Source: a virus
Lineage: Duplodnaviria; Caudoviricetes
Length of the DNA stretch: 26,420 nt
Virus record (IMG/VR): IMGVR_UViG_3300032270_000262
Span: 1 to 26,420 of that record
Strand: one strand, 5' to 3'
Numbering within the stretch: position 1 is the stretch's first letter; each line of letters opens with the position of its first letter. Position numbers and translations under genes: made by a program. Positions 17,201-25,598 of this stretch are shown here, piece by piece. Under the pieces are notes generated by a model. The model searched no databases. It was not told the DNA's origin and saw only the letters and a list, made by a program, of their open reading frames with translations.

Positions 17201-17536
17201 TTACGCTACCTCAGAACCAAAAGCCTGGAATGTTAGGTTAGCTGTTGATGCCACCACAGTAACGCTGTCAGTAGCTGACAAAGTAATACCTAATGTAAAG
17301 GTAGTGGTGGTATTAGCTGGGACAGTTGTGTCATAGGCTAGGTATTGCTTGTTGTCTAGAGCTGCGTTATCTTCACGAAGCGCAATACGGTAGGTTGCTG
17401 CGGTAGTTCCGCGGTTGCAGATCACGATTGTAGACACAACGGCTGAGGTGTTGGATGGCACTGCGTATAGCTGGCTGCCTCCCACTACGTTAGCTGCTGG
17501 CGCAACCTGACCTAGAATCTTATATGTCGTTGCCAA
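17201..17536 (-). CDS. Putative virion structural protein (111 aa)
   Basis: MATTYKILGQ...LYAVP...VVSTIVICN...FQAFGSE; small beta-rich protein within the fibre cluster. Confidence 0.65.
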   Translation of the reverse strand: MATTYKILGQVAPAANVVGGSQLYAVPSNTSAVVSTIVICNRGTTAATYRIALREDNAALDNKQYLAYDTTVPANTTTTFTLGITLSATDSVTVVASTANLTFQAFGSEVA

Positions 17537-18584
17537 GAGATTGCTCCTTCAAATAGAAAGCTAGATTAGCTGTAAGGCGAGGATCCTGTGGGCTTAATTC
17601 TACAGCTTTGCGCCCGTATTGTAGGGCTTTGTCAAACTTTCCTAGGCGGTAATAAGAGATAGCTGCAAAGTCCCAGGGTGCTGCTCCCCAGGCAAATTCT
17701 TCACATAGATACTCCAGAGGCTTTTCTTTTATAGCTAACGCCTTTTCTGCAGCCTGATAGCAGGCAGTCCAACGTTTGTTTTGATAGTAATAGTCCGCTA
17801 GGTCTACTAAAGCTTCTCGTCTATCAGGACATTCATCATGTGCCTTTAGTAACCAATCTTCTTTTTCTGAAACCATCTTAGCGATATAACGCATGGAAGC
17901 TGCCCGCTCCGGCTTCCAGGTGGCTTTTGGCAATGAAAGATGGCGCATAAACTCTTGTGTGGCTTCTTCAAAACGACCGTGAAAGAACAACTCGCGGGCG
18001 TAGTAAAAAGTGTTTCTATCATCATATGGGTCTTCTTGAACAGCCTGAGCTAGCAAAGGCATGTACTGACTACGAGACTTAGAGTGGTCTGGATAGTGAT
18101 GGATTTCTAGAGGGATCCAATCCTGAACCTCAATAGATTGATTGGTAACTATAACTTCGTGTACGGGGTGCTTCCAACGATAGCCCTTACGAGCATGGAT
18201 CTTATCCCCGCCATACTCAAGTCCGGGTGTCCCATCCTCTTTCCAACTCCACGTGTATTTATATCGTGGTCTGGTTACGGCTGGGTTTATATTGTCAAAG
18301 CCTGAACGCCAACCCTCAACCAGTACTTCATCCATATCAAGGGCGATGCAGTAGTCAATGTCAGCTGGAATTGCAGCTAGGGAAGCGTTGCGGGCATCAT
18401 CAAAGCGCCAAGGTTTAATACTAATATCTATGACGTTAATTCCAAGGGATTTAGCTAGCTCTATGGTTCCATCAGTGGATCCAGTATCAGCTATGAGGAT
18501 ATAGTCCGCTTCTTTGGCAGACTGATACCAGCGCTCAACAAAATGCTTTTCGTTTAACGCGATTGTGTAAACCGCTATCTTCAT
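17520..18584 (-). CDS. GT2 (GT-A fold) glycosyltransferase with C-terminal TPR repeats
   Basis: IAVYTIALNE, IADTGSTDGT, FDDARNASL, DxD-type LDMDE, WKHPVHE, then TPR-like helices (FYYAREL..., YYRLGKFDKALQYGRKAVELSP); SD GGAGG. Confidence 0.9.
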   Translation of the reverse strand: MKIAVYTIALNEKHFVERWYQSAKEADYILIADTGSTDGTIELAKSLGINVIDISIKPWRFDDARNASLAAIPADIDYCIALDMDEVLVEGWRSGFDNINPAVTRPRYKYTWSWKEDGTPGLEYGGDKIHARKGYRWKHPVHEVIVTNQSIEVQDWIPLEIHHYPDHSKSRSQYMPLLAQAVQEDPYDDRNTFYYARELFFHGRFEEATQEFMRHLSLPKATWKPERAASMRYIAKMVSEKEDWLLKAHDECPDRREALVDLADYYYQNKRWTACYQAAEKALAIKEKPLEYLCEEFAWGAAPWDFAAISYYRLGKFDKALQYGRKAVELSPQDPRLTANLAFYLKEQSLGNDI

Positions 18585-18600
18585 TAGCCCTCCAGCTAGA

Positions 18601-18714
18601 TTATTCTTCAGTGAATACTAGATCGTATCCAACCAAGTTTCCTTGGTCATCCTGGACTTCAAACTTCTCTGCTCCGGTCTCTGGGTCAATGCCTAAGCTT
18701 ACTTTAGTTGTCAT
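18601..18714 (-). CDS. Small acidic peptide (37 aa)
   Basis: Manual translation MTTKVSLGIDPETGAEKFEVQDDQGNLVGYDLVFTEE; ATGA overlap with the fibre gene stop; fills the gap. Confidence 0.6.
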   Translation of the reverse strand: MTTKVSLGIDPETGAEKFEVQDDQGNLVGYDLVFTEE

Positions 18715-20690
18715 GATAGTCGTCCCCACGGTGCGATAGCTGTTGCTGTAAATGAGTTTGAGGTAGAAGGTAGGTCAGTCTGTGACGCTACATAACCTGA
18801 TAGACGAGGTCCTAGGCTGGACAACGCCGCTGGAATATTTGCAAACGCTGTGTATACGGTAGGGGCTGTTGTTCCTACGTAGATCACAGCAATCGCATAT
18901 CTAGTTCCAGCCTGTAATGTGTAAGTAGATGGGTATCCACCTGTGGTGCTGAAGGCACGGGTAAAGACTGTGTTAGTAGTGCCTAGAAGTGTTACATCAC
19001 TGTCTGTGCGAGCAACCAACGTAGCAGTAGTACCATCAAATGTATAGAGACCTAGGCGTACAGTCTGAGCTCCAGTAGCCGCAGTGTTTGCTGAAACTAC
19101 TGTGAGGCTATTGATAGTTGCAGACCACATAGGGCTAAAGAATGTGAAGTATGCGTTTCCGCTTGACAACACGCCGCTAGAGTTTGTAATACGTGGATAT
19201 ACGTCAACTATGCTCGTAGTTTGATTTAGGTTTCCTGCAATATCCTGGAAGATATCCTTCCAGACCAATCCGGTAGTTTGAGCAGAGTCTGCAACCAAAG
19301 CACGACCATTTACTCCAACAGTTAACTTATCTAAAGTTCCAGTACCTGTTCCAGCTAAAAGATCTCCCTTTGCTGTGTACTGGTGGCTTCCTAAAAGAGT
19401 TGTAGTGCTTGTAGGTAAAGTAAGTGTACCTGTGTTAATAATACTAGAGATCACAGGAGAGGTAAGAATCAACCCATTTACTGTAGTAGTAGTTGATCCT
19501 AAAGTAAGTGTACTGTTAGCAAGCGTAATAGTTGAGTTTGCTAGCTTAGCGTTGGTTACGTTAGCGTCAACAATCTTTACTGTAGTAACAGTTCCGTCGG
19601 TAGGTGTGCGGGTATTTGTAAGTCTTGTGTCAGTTCCGTATACAACCTGAGAGTTAGAGGCATCTCCCGAAGCCGGCACATCTTTTGTTGATGCTGTACC
19701 TAGACCAGTAATCTGGGTGTTTGCAAGTGACAGTACGCTTTGGTTAAGACCTAATACAGCAGAGGTAGAGGTACCTGTATTTGTTATAGGACCTGTTACA
19801 GATACAACTCCTGAAGGCCCAGTAGGTCCTGTGCTAGAAGGCCCTGTTGGTCCGGTGATTCCTTGTGGACCGGTAGGACCAATTGGACCAACAATTTGAC
19901 CTACACTTGTCCAAGCTGTGCCGTTCCATACGTAGAGATCTCCGTCGGCATCGACAATGTATGCGTCATTGACTTCATTTCCTGAGGAAGGTAGATTTAC
20001 AACAGCAGCTACGCTTCCTTTAAAATCAATTGAAGTTCCTTGTGGGCCTGTAGGACCTGTTATTCCAGCTGGTCCTGTAGGACCTGTCTCACCCTGAGGA
20101 CCAGTTGGTCCTAGGCTTGATACGATAATACCGCCAGCCATCATTGGGTGGTACTGGCAAACGTAGTAAAGCTGTGGAGCATCGAACGGTACTTCAAAGA
20201 TAATAGTTCCGTTTTGAGTTCCACCGTTTGTAATTCCAGTTGTGTAAACATTTCCTGCACTATATCCGCCAGAAACAGTTTGAATCCAGAATGGGTGGCC
20301 AGTAGCGTTAACGTTTATTACGTAACGATGTCCACGAATAAAATAAAGGGTTGGGTTGCTAGCACCGTTAATTAGATATGCGCCTGAACCAGAGTTAGTT
20401 ACGTTAAGTACGATACCACCACTAGATCCTGTAGGGCCAGTCGCACCAACGGCCCCTGTTGGGCCAGTAATACCTTGCGGACCTGTTGGTCCTGTAACTG
20501 ATAATCCTTGTGGGCCTGTTGGGCCAGTTGTACCAGAAGAATATTGAAGGCTGTTCCAAGCACTAACGCCGTTACCGATCTTAAACTTACCGGTGTCGTG
20601 TTCATATCCCGCTTCACCTTGTGATAACACAGGGTTAGCAGTAGTCCACTCTGTTGCTGTGCCGCGTCTAAATTGAACCTTAACAGCCAT
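18711..20690 (-). CDS. Collagen-like fibre protein with Mtd_N-like anchor and cupredoxin-like domain
   Basis: VQFRRGTATEWTTANPVLSQGEAGYEHDTGKFKIGNG (Mtd N-terminal-like); three GPT/GPQ triplet tracts; GHPF...YYVCQYHPMMAG. Confidence 0.85.
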   Translation of the reverse strand: MAVKVQFRRGTATEWTTANPVLSQGEAGYEHDTGKFKIGNGVSAWNSLQYSSGTTGPTGPQGLSVTGPTGPQGITGPTGAVGATGPTGSSGGIVLNVTNSGSGAYLINGASNPTLYFIRGHRYVINVNATGHPFWIQTVSGGYSAGNVYTTGITNGGTQNGTIIFEVPFDAPQLYYVCQYHPMMAGGIIVSSLGPTGPQGETGPTGPAGITGPTGPQGTSIDFKGSVAAVVNLPSSGNEVNDAYIVDADGDLYVWNGTAWTSVGQIVGPIGPTGPQGITGPTGPSSTGPTGPSGVVSVTGPITNTGTSTSAVLGLNQSVLSLANTQITGLGTASTKDVPASGDASNSQVVYGTDTRLTNTRTPTDGTVTTVKIVDANVTNAKLANSTITLANSTLTLGSTTTTVNGLILTSPVISSIINTGTLTLPTSTTTLLGSHQYTAKGDLLAGTGTGTLDKLTVGVNGRALVADSAQTTGLVWKDIFQDIAGNLNQTTSIVDVYPRITNSSGVLSSGNAYFTFFSPMWSATINSLTVVSANTAATGAQTVRLGLYTFDGTTATLVARTDSDVTLLGTTNTVFTRAFSTTGGYPSTYTLQAGTRYAIAVIYVGTTAPTVYTAFANIPAALSSLGPRLSGYVASQTDLPSTSNSFTATAIAPWGRLS

Positions 20691-20833
20691 TAGCAGTCAC
20701 ACTTCCTTTTCTTTTTCATCTTCCACCACATCCATAAGTGGTGTGCCGCCATTAACCCCATCAAAATCCACATGACGGTCATTTCACTTATTCCACCGCC
20801 AGTAGTTAACACCATATTCTCATGATCATGCAT
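20690..20833 (-). CDS. Met/His-rich single-pass membrane peptide (47 aa)
   Basis: Manual translation [47 protein letters not shown]; TAATG overlaps at both ends. Confidence 0.7.
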   Translation of the reverse strand: MHDHENMVLTTGGGISEMTVMWILMGLMAAHHLWMWWKMKKKRKCDC

Positions 20834-21123
20834 TAGTCGTTAACTCCTCCACAATCAATTGGGGTAACTCCACCATAGACTGAGCCTGGAGTTCCGCAAT
20901 CTACGTTCTGGAATATAGGGCCAGTAGGTCCTGTTGGCCCAGGCGCACCTGTAGGGCCAGTAACCTGTGGTCCAGTTGGGCCTGTGGGACCTAAAGGACC
21001 GGTAGGTCCGATCGGACCTAAAGATTCTTTAATAAGCCATTTTGTTCCATCCCACTTCCACGTGGTTAACCCAGCCGTAAACTCTTGATTAAGAGTCGGG
21101 GAGTTGGGAAAGTCAATAGGCAT
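20833..21123 (-). CDS. Short collagen-like virion protein (96 aa)
   Basis: [15 protein letters not shown]...WKWDGTKW followed by Gly-Pro-X triplets and two DCG motifs. Confidence 0.8.
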   Translation of the reverse strand: MPIDFPNSPTLNQEFTAGLTTWKWDGTKWLIKESLGPIGPTGPLGPTGPTGPQVTGPTGAPGPTGPTGPIFQNVDCGTPGSVYGGVTPIDCGGVND

Positions 21124-21136
21124 GTTCTACAGTTTA
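21124..21136 (-). promoter_or_regulatory. Candidate -10 box for a leaderless transcript
   Basis: TAAACT (21131-21136) lies 7 nt before ATG 21123, with no SD in the 21-bp gap. Confidence 0.45.
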
Positions 21137-21144
21137 CAACAAGA

Positions 21145-21846
21145 CTAGTCGTAAGACTTCTTAACCCAAAGATGCTTTTTGTACCCTCCGTAAAGGTAGC
21201 GAGAGACATTAAATAGTTGGGTCTTAATAAAACCTTGGTTATGTGGAAGTACCTCAGACTTCCAAGAGTCCCTCTTAATCGGGATAAGCTGGGCTATAGG
21301 TGTTCCAGCTGGGATAATGCCTGTGAAATCTTTTTGTAAAAAGAACGGGATTTGCCCGCCAAGGGAAAAGTTGTCAGAATCCATAAGTCCAGCAGTGGTT
21401 GTAAAGGGAAGTTCAAACCTATTTAAAGGGTGGGTTACAAGCAAGCTGTACCCAGGAGGCGTAATTGTAGCCCAGTGGAAAGTCCAGGCGTATAGGTCTT
21501 GATCATGACCATGAGGTCTGGGAAGAGTTACCGCCATGTCTTTAGGGCGCACATCTATAGGGCCGGGCTCCTCATTCCAGAAGAACCCGACCCCACGTTC
21601 GTCACGTTGAACGAGAAGATCAGCAGGAAGTTCTAATACGTATCCTGCAGTTAATCCATCCAAAAATGGCACACAAAGTTTTAGGTCTTTGTTAATACCC
21701 GCACCTTCCGGCAAGACTTCCATCTTTCCAGTTCTAAACCTTTTTGCGCTCTTATACCAATCGGGTACGTAAGCCTTTGCTGGTTTTGGTTTTGGGTACT
21801 TGTCCTCAACTTCTTGGGACATTGCCATAAATTGGATTTTTTTCAT
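21145..21846 (-). CDS. Conserved phage hypothetical protein, possibly dUTPase-like beta fold
   Basis: PKPAKAYVPDWYK, KLCVPFLD, TPPGYSLLVTHP, IPAGTPIAQLIP; the last motif resembles dUTPase-fold proteins, but canonical dUTPase catalytic motifs are not evident. Confidence 0.55.
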   Translation of the reverse strand: MKKIQFMAMSQEVEDKYPKPKPAKAYVPDWYKSAKRFRTGKMEVLPEGAGINKDLKLCVPFLDGLTAGYVLELPADLLVQRDERGVGFFWNEEPGPIDVRPKDMAVTLPRPHGHDQDLYAWTFHWATITPPGYSLLVTHPLNRFELPFTTTAGLMDSDNFSLGGQIPFFLQKDFTGIIPAGTPIAQLIPIKRDSWKSEVLPHNQGFIKTQLFNVSRYLYGGYKKHLWVKKSYD

Positions 21847-21847
21847 G

Positions 21848-22798
21848 TTACAAGTCTAGCCCCATAAAGTACAAAGCCGAACCAACAAGAATCAAAGGAA
21901 TAGCTAGTAAAGCAATAGCCTTGTAGTAATCCTTTAGAGGTGTCTTGAAGTAGGTCTTGCCTACTACCAAACATTTGTGGGTAGGTGAGAGCATGTAACC
22001 TGCGTAGTCAAACGCAAAGAACAATGGGAGTGTGCCCACGCCAAATACGCTTGCTGACAAAGCTACAAAGCCTGCAAACTTACCGCTGCTACCCAATGCA
22101 AAGCTTGCTAGGAAACCTACCAAAGCCACAAGAATGATGAGGTTATGGTCGTGTGCAGACTTAACCCACTCATTGATTGCATCAAAGTTTGCTTTCACAA
22201 CGTTACCGGCAACAATTACAAGAGCTGTGAATACTAATACCTTGGCATACTCTGTAATCTGACGACGGTCTGACTTAGCATCTGCATGCTTCTGCCATTC
22301 TTCTTTGTCCTTCTTTGTAAGCTTCTCAGGGATTACAATTTCAATATCGTCTTCCTTAAGAACCTTAAAGATGTAGAACAAGATTACAATTGCAGCGGTA
22401 GCAAGCAAAGGCCAGATCTTACCGATGAAGCCCCAGTAACTAAGTCCTAAGACAGCCATAGGGGTAATTACTGTAGCCTCCAAAGGAGACCAGAAGTAAA
22501 AATGGTGTGTAGATAAGTAATCGATGATTCCGAAGTTCTTACGCTTCTTGACATCGGTTGGGGCGATTGTATCTAGAGCACCTGCTGACACGGCGACGCG
22601 ACCGGAGATAGGCAGGATACCTGATACAAACGAGATAATAGCTACGACAGCACGCTTAGACTTAACAGTCTGAGCAATCCAGGCGTAAAACGGCAAGAAG
22701 ACCTGAGTCTTTTTTGCAGTAAATGAGATAGCCATAACTACGGCTAGTAGTAAAAGATATTGTTGGTTTTTAAGCAACAACGATGATGTAAATTCCAT
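21848..22798 (-). CDS. Multi-pass membrane protein, ion-transporter superfamily / DUF401-like
   Basis: Many hydrophobic segments in two halves; SGILPISG helix break and GYMLSPTHKCL resemble DUF401/IT-superfamily motifs. Confidence 0.65.
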   Translation of the reverse strand: MEFTSSLLLKNQQYLLLLAVVMAISFTAKKTQVFLPFYAWIAQTVKSKRAVVAIISFVSGILPISGRVAVSAGALDTIAPTDVKKRKNFGIIDYLSTHHFYFWSPLEATVITPMAVLGLSYWGFIGKIWPLLATAAIVILFYIFKVLKEDDIEIVIPEKLTKKDKEEWQKHADAKSDRRQITEYAKVLVFTALVIVAGNVVKANFDAINEWVKSAHDHNLIILVALVGFLASFALGSSGKFAGFVALSASVFGVGTLPLFFAFDYAGYMLSPTHKCLVVGKTYFKTPLKDYYKAIALLAIPLILVGSALYFMGLDL

Positions 22799-24407
22799 TC
22801 CACCAGTCCTTTTCTGATTCGATACTATTTAGTACCTTTTTAGAATAGATAGGGGTAAGTCCCCCATCCTTTACTGCCTGGTCTGCAGCCATCACCGTGT
22901 CTGTCCAATTCGCGTCATCGAACACCAGGATCGCCTGCTTAGCAAAGCAGTTCCTATAACGGATCACGGTCTTGTATATATGCTCGTACTCGTGAGGCCC
23001 ATCATAGAAAAATAAGTCTACCTCATTAATTGTTGAGGTATCTACCTCGTACATATCCTCATTAATGATGTGTACGTTGTTATCCCCAATATAAGGGGCA
23101 ATATTCTTTTCAAATTCTGCCTGGCTATTAGGAGGCAAAGTTAAATCATCCCGCACAGGGTGTAGATCCTGCTCCCACATATCAATCACGTAAGCATCAA
23201 GCTTATTGTTTGCTAGCGCAGCAGCGGTAGTAGCGCCTAGGTATGCCCCAATTTCCAAGTAAACCTTAGACTGAGAGGCCAGTCCGTTGAGAAGTTTTTG
23301 GATCCTAGAACTAGTAAGGCCGGGGATATTTATATCTAACTCTCTATTAACAGAGTCGACAAGCTCTCTTGTTACAACCATTGTTCGTGGCTGACGCTTA
23401 TCTCCATACTTAGCCGACATGATCTTGTCGCAATAACCACAGTCCCAGCAGTCAAACTTACAGGTCTTAATCTTTTTACGCCAGATATCAATAGGCTTAT
23501 CAACTAAATTAGTCTCTTCAATAAAGTCTTTGAAGTGTTGGAAAAGTATCTCTTTATTGTCAACGTAGTTTCGGATAATCTGCATAGTCTCACGAAGACG
23601 GCTAGTAGACTCACGGCCATGCATCTTGATTACGTCAATACCAAGTTCGTTTAGGAATTGATCCCAGTCTTCCTTCCATGGAGGGAAATTGGCTGTCTTA
23701 AGAGGTACAGCTTGATCTTCGTAATCCCACTTCATGCAGGAAACTCGACTGATTGGATCTGTGAAGTACTGAGGCCCATCACCACGTTCGTTATTAAAGT
23801 GGTAGTGCTCGTCCATCATAATGCAGCCACCCATACAGCCTTCGTTAGCAAGAAGGGATAGCTTTACTCCGTACTTTTCCTTAGCCTTCTTAAACCTTAA
23901 AAGTTTTTCGTGATCTCGCATAAGGTCTCGATCTAGGTTTATATATTTAAATCCCGCCTTAGCCAATTTCTCAATATCACGAGGTTCGCTTACATTTCTA
24001 AGGATGGTGTTCTTAATAAAGAGGTCTGGAAATGCTGCTTGGATTTGTCCAGTAGCAACCCAGTGAGTATGTGGGATAGTTGCAGAGCGAATCCCAGAAT
24101 CGTAAAGCGGTTTAAAGTTCTCAATGAATAGATCAAGGTTATCTTGAGTTGGTCTAACGTATATGTTGTTAAACACGGCAGACGCAGTAATGCCCGTAAA
24201 CTCTTGAATCTCAAGAGCAAGGTTATTTAAGTAGTCGTGGTCCTCTTCACCCTCAAGAAATACGTCTCCCATAGCATCCTGTGTAAACGGGGCAATTCGA
24301 CACGTAAAATAAAAGTCGTAAATTACTTCTTTACAGTCGTTTAAAAATTGTACGAAGTCGTCCAAGCTTTTCACGTCTAGCTTGGGATTTAAGGGCACGC
24401 TGAACAT
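22770..24407 (-). CDS. U32-family Fe-S protein fused to a class I SAM-dependent methyltransferase
   Basis: INLDRDLMRD, LLANEGCMGGC, IDVIKMHGR, CKFDCWDCGYC (U32-like); YLEIGAYLGAT, DLFFYDGPH, LVFDDANW (Methyltransf_24-like). Start re-called to ATG 24407 (MFSVPLNPKL). Confidence 0.8.
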   Translation of the reverse strand: MFSVPLNPKLDVKSLDDFVQFLNDCKEVIYDFYFTCRIAPFTQDAMGDVFLEGEEDHDYLNNLALEIQEFTGITASAVFNNIYVRPTQDNLDLFIENFKPLYDSGIRSATIPHTHWVATGQIQAAFPDLFIKNTILRNVSEPRDIEKLAKAGFKYINLDRDLMRDHEKLLRFKKAKEKYGVKLSLLANEGCMGGCIMMDEHYHFNNERGDGPQYFTDPISRVSCMKWDYEDQAVPLKTANFPPWKEDWDQFLNELGIDVIKMHGRESTSRLRETMQIIRNYVDNKEILFQHFKDFIEETNLVDKPIDIWRKKIKTCKFDCWDCGYCDKIMSAKYGDKRQPRTMVVTRELVDSVNRELDINIPGLTSSRIQKLLNGLASQSKVYLEIGAYLGATTAAALANNKLDAYVIDMWEQDLHPVRDDLTLPPNSQAEFEKNIAPYIGDNNVHIINEDMYEVDTSTINEVDLFFYDGPHEYEHIYKTVIRYRNCFAKQAILVFDDANWTDTVMAADQAVKDGGLTPIYSKKVLNSIESEKDWWNGIYIIVVA

Positions 24408-24783
24408 GTGGCTCCATCTTTTGTCCGAAAGCAATTCCTTGCTCTATGTCTTCTTGTGTCATTGTATACTTGTACCGCATAGGCTTTAATATTGGTTTGC
24501 CAGTAACCTTATGCTTTTTAGGATGTTCTACCCACTTATCAAAAGGTATTTGATCAAACAGGTTTGATCCCTCGTAAACAGTTATATAGCCTCTGTTAAC
24601 TCCTTTAAATTTCCAACCCATAGCCTCATACTCAGTTAGTGTAACATAAGACCAAGATTTAGATACGTTTTTTATAGGCATAACTACCCAAAACATAAAA
24701 GAACCACAGATCTGCAGTCTATCCCAACCCGCTGGGTCTGACTGTAGGTGTGCTATATCGTCAACTTTTACTGCCGCGTACAT
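24331..24783 (-). CDS. Hypothetical protein (150 aa)
   Basis: ORF track; TAATG-coupled to the upstream gene; 3' end overlaps the U32 gene start. Confidence 0.65.
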   Translation of the reverse strand: MYAAVKVDDIAHLQSDPAGWDRLQICGSFMFWVVMPIKNVSKSWSYVTLTEYEAMGWKFKGVNRGYITVYEGSNLFDQIPFDKWVEHPKKHKVTGKPILKPMRYKYTMTQEDIEQGIAFGQKMEPHVQRALKSQARREKLGRLRTIFKRL

Positions 24784-25583
24784 TACTGTAGTTCTTTTGG
24801 TGTTACGGTGGGACTGTTTAATTTCAAATCAAAATCTCTACCATCACTTAACTGTTTAACTGCATCAGCCTGTATAGTTTCTAATGCAGTATTTACCCGT
24901 AAAGACCAGTCCATAGCTACATTTAAGGCATATACAACATCTTCTTCGCCCATCATTGTGATGGCATCCATGTTTCCAGTACCGATTTTTCCAGTAGTAA
25001 GTATATCTAGAGCCGCTTGTTTTCCTAAACGGTTACGCCATAGGTCACGCTCATACTTCTCAGTCAACTCTGGGTTATTCATAATATCTTTAAGGTCAGT
25101 TCCATCTGGAAGAAACGCTTCACCAGTCTCGTACATCTCTCGCATAGCTCGTAAAAAGTTTTCACGTTCAGCGTATGCTGAAGAAAGTCGTCTGTGAATC
25201 TTAATTAGGTCGTTACGGTTTGTAACTAAATCAAACTCTTTAAGTTTTGCACGTGCAGGCGTTGTTGCTTCTGCTAGTTCTTCTCTAGTAACTTCAATTT
25301 GAGCCTCTTGCTTAGCAATATTCATAAGCAAGTTTTCAATGATCTCTTCACGAGAGCGGATTTCAAGTAGAAATTGACGATACTTTGCATATGGGGTGAT
25401 TTGAGCATCACCAACAAAGTGCTTAATTTTAAAGTAAGGGGTGTTGTGATCGGTGTGTAGTGCTAAATCTAATATCTCTTTTGAGCGATCATCAAGCCCT
25501 TCGGTGTTACTTGATACCTCTTTAAGAAGTTGGTTGTAACGTTCTTGTGCAGAGGTCATCTCGTAGCTTGTTTTGTTTTCCAT
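24783..25583 (-). CDS. Coiled-coil hypothetical protein (266 aa)
   Basis: ITPYAKYRQFLLEIRSREE...; long amphipathic E/K/L-rich helices. Confidence 0.7.
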   Translation of the reverse strand: MENKTSYEMTSAQERYNQLLKEVSSNTEGLDDRSKEILDLALHTDHNTPYFKIKHFVGDAQITPYAKYRQFLLEIRSREEIIENLLMNIAKQEAQIEVTREELAEATTPARAKLKEFDLVTNRNDLIKIHRRLSSAYAERENFLRAMREMYETGEAFLPDGTDLKDIMNNPELTEKYERDLWRNRLGKQAALDILTTGKIGTGNMDAITMMGEEDVVYALNVAMDWSLRVNTALETIQADAVKQLSDGRDFDLKLNSPTVTPKELQ

Positions 25584-25598
25584 GTAGTGATCCTATCA

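Noticed and set aside
20540-20690. Mtd-like N-terminus as evidence of a diversity-generating retroelement
   Set aside because: This anchor domain is widespread in fibres; I saw no duplicate of the gene's 3' end and no RT in the window.
23400-24407. U32 domain as a collagenase acting on the collagen fibres
   Set aside because: The peptidase label is a legacy annotation; the Cys motifs and methyltransferase fusion fit Fe-S hydroxylation chemistry better. Not formally excluded.
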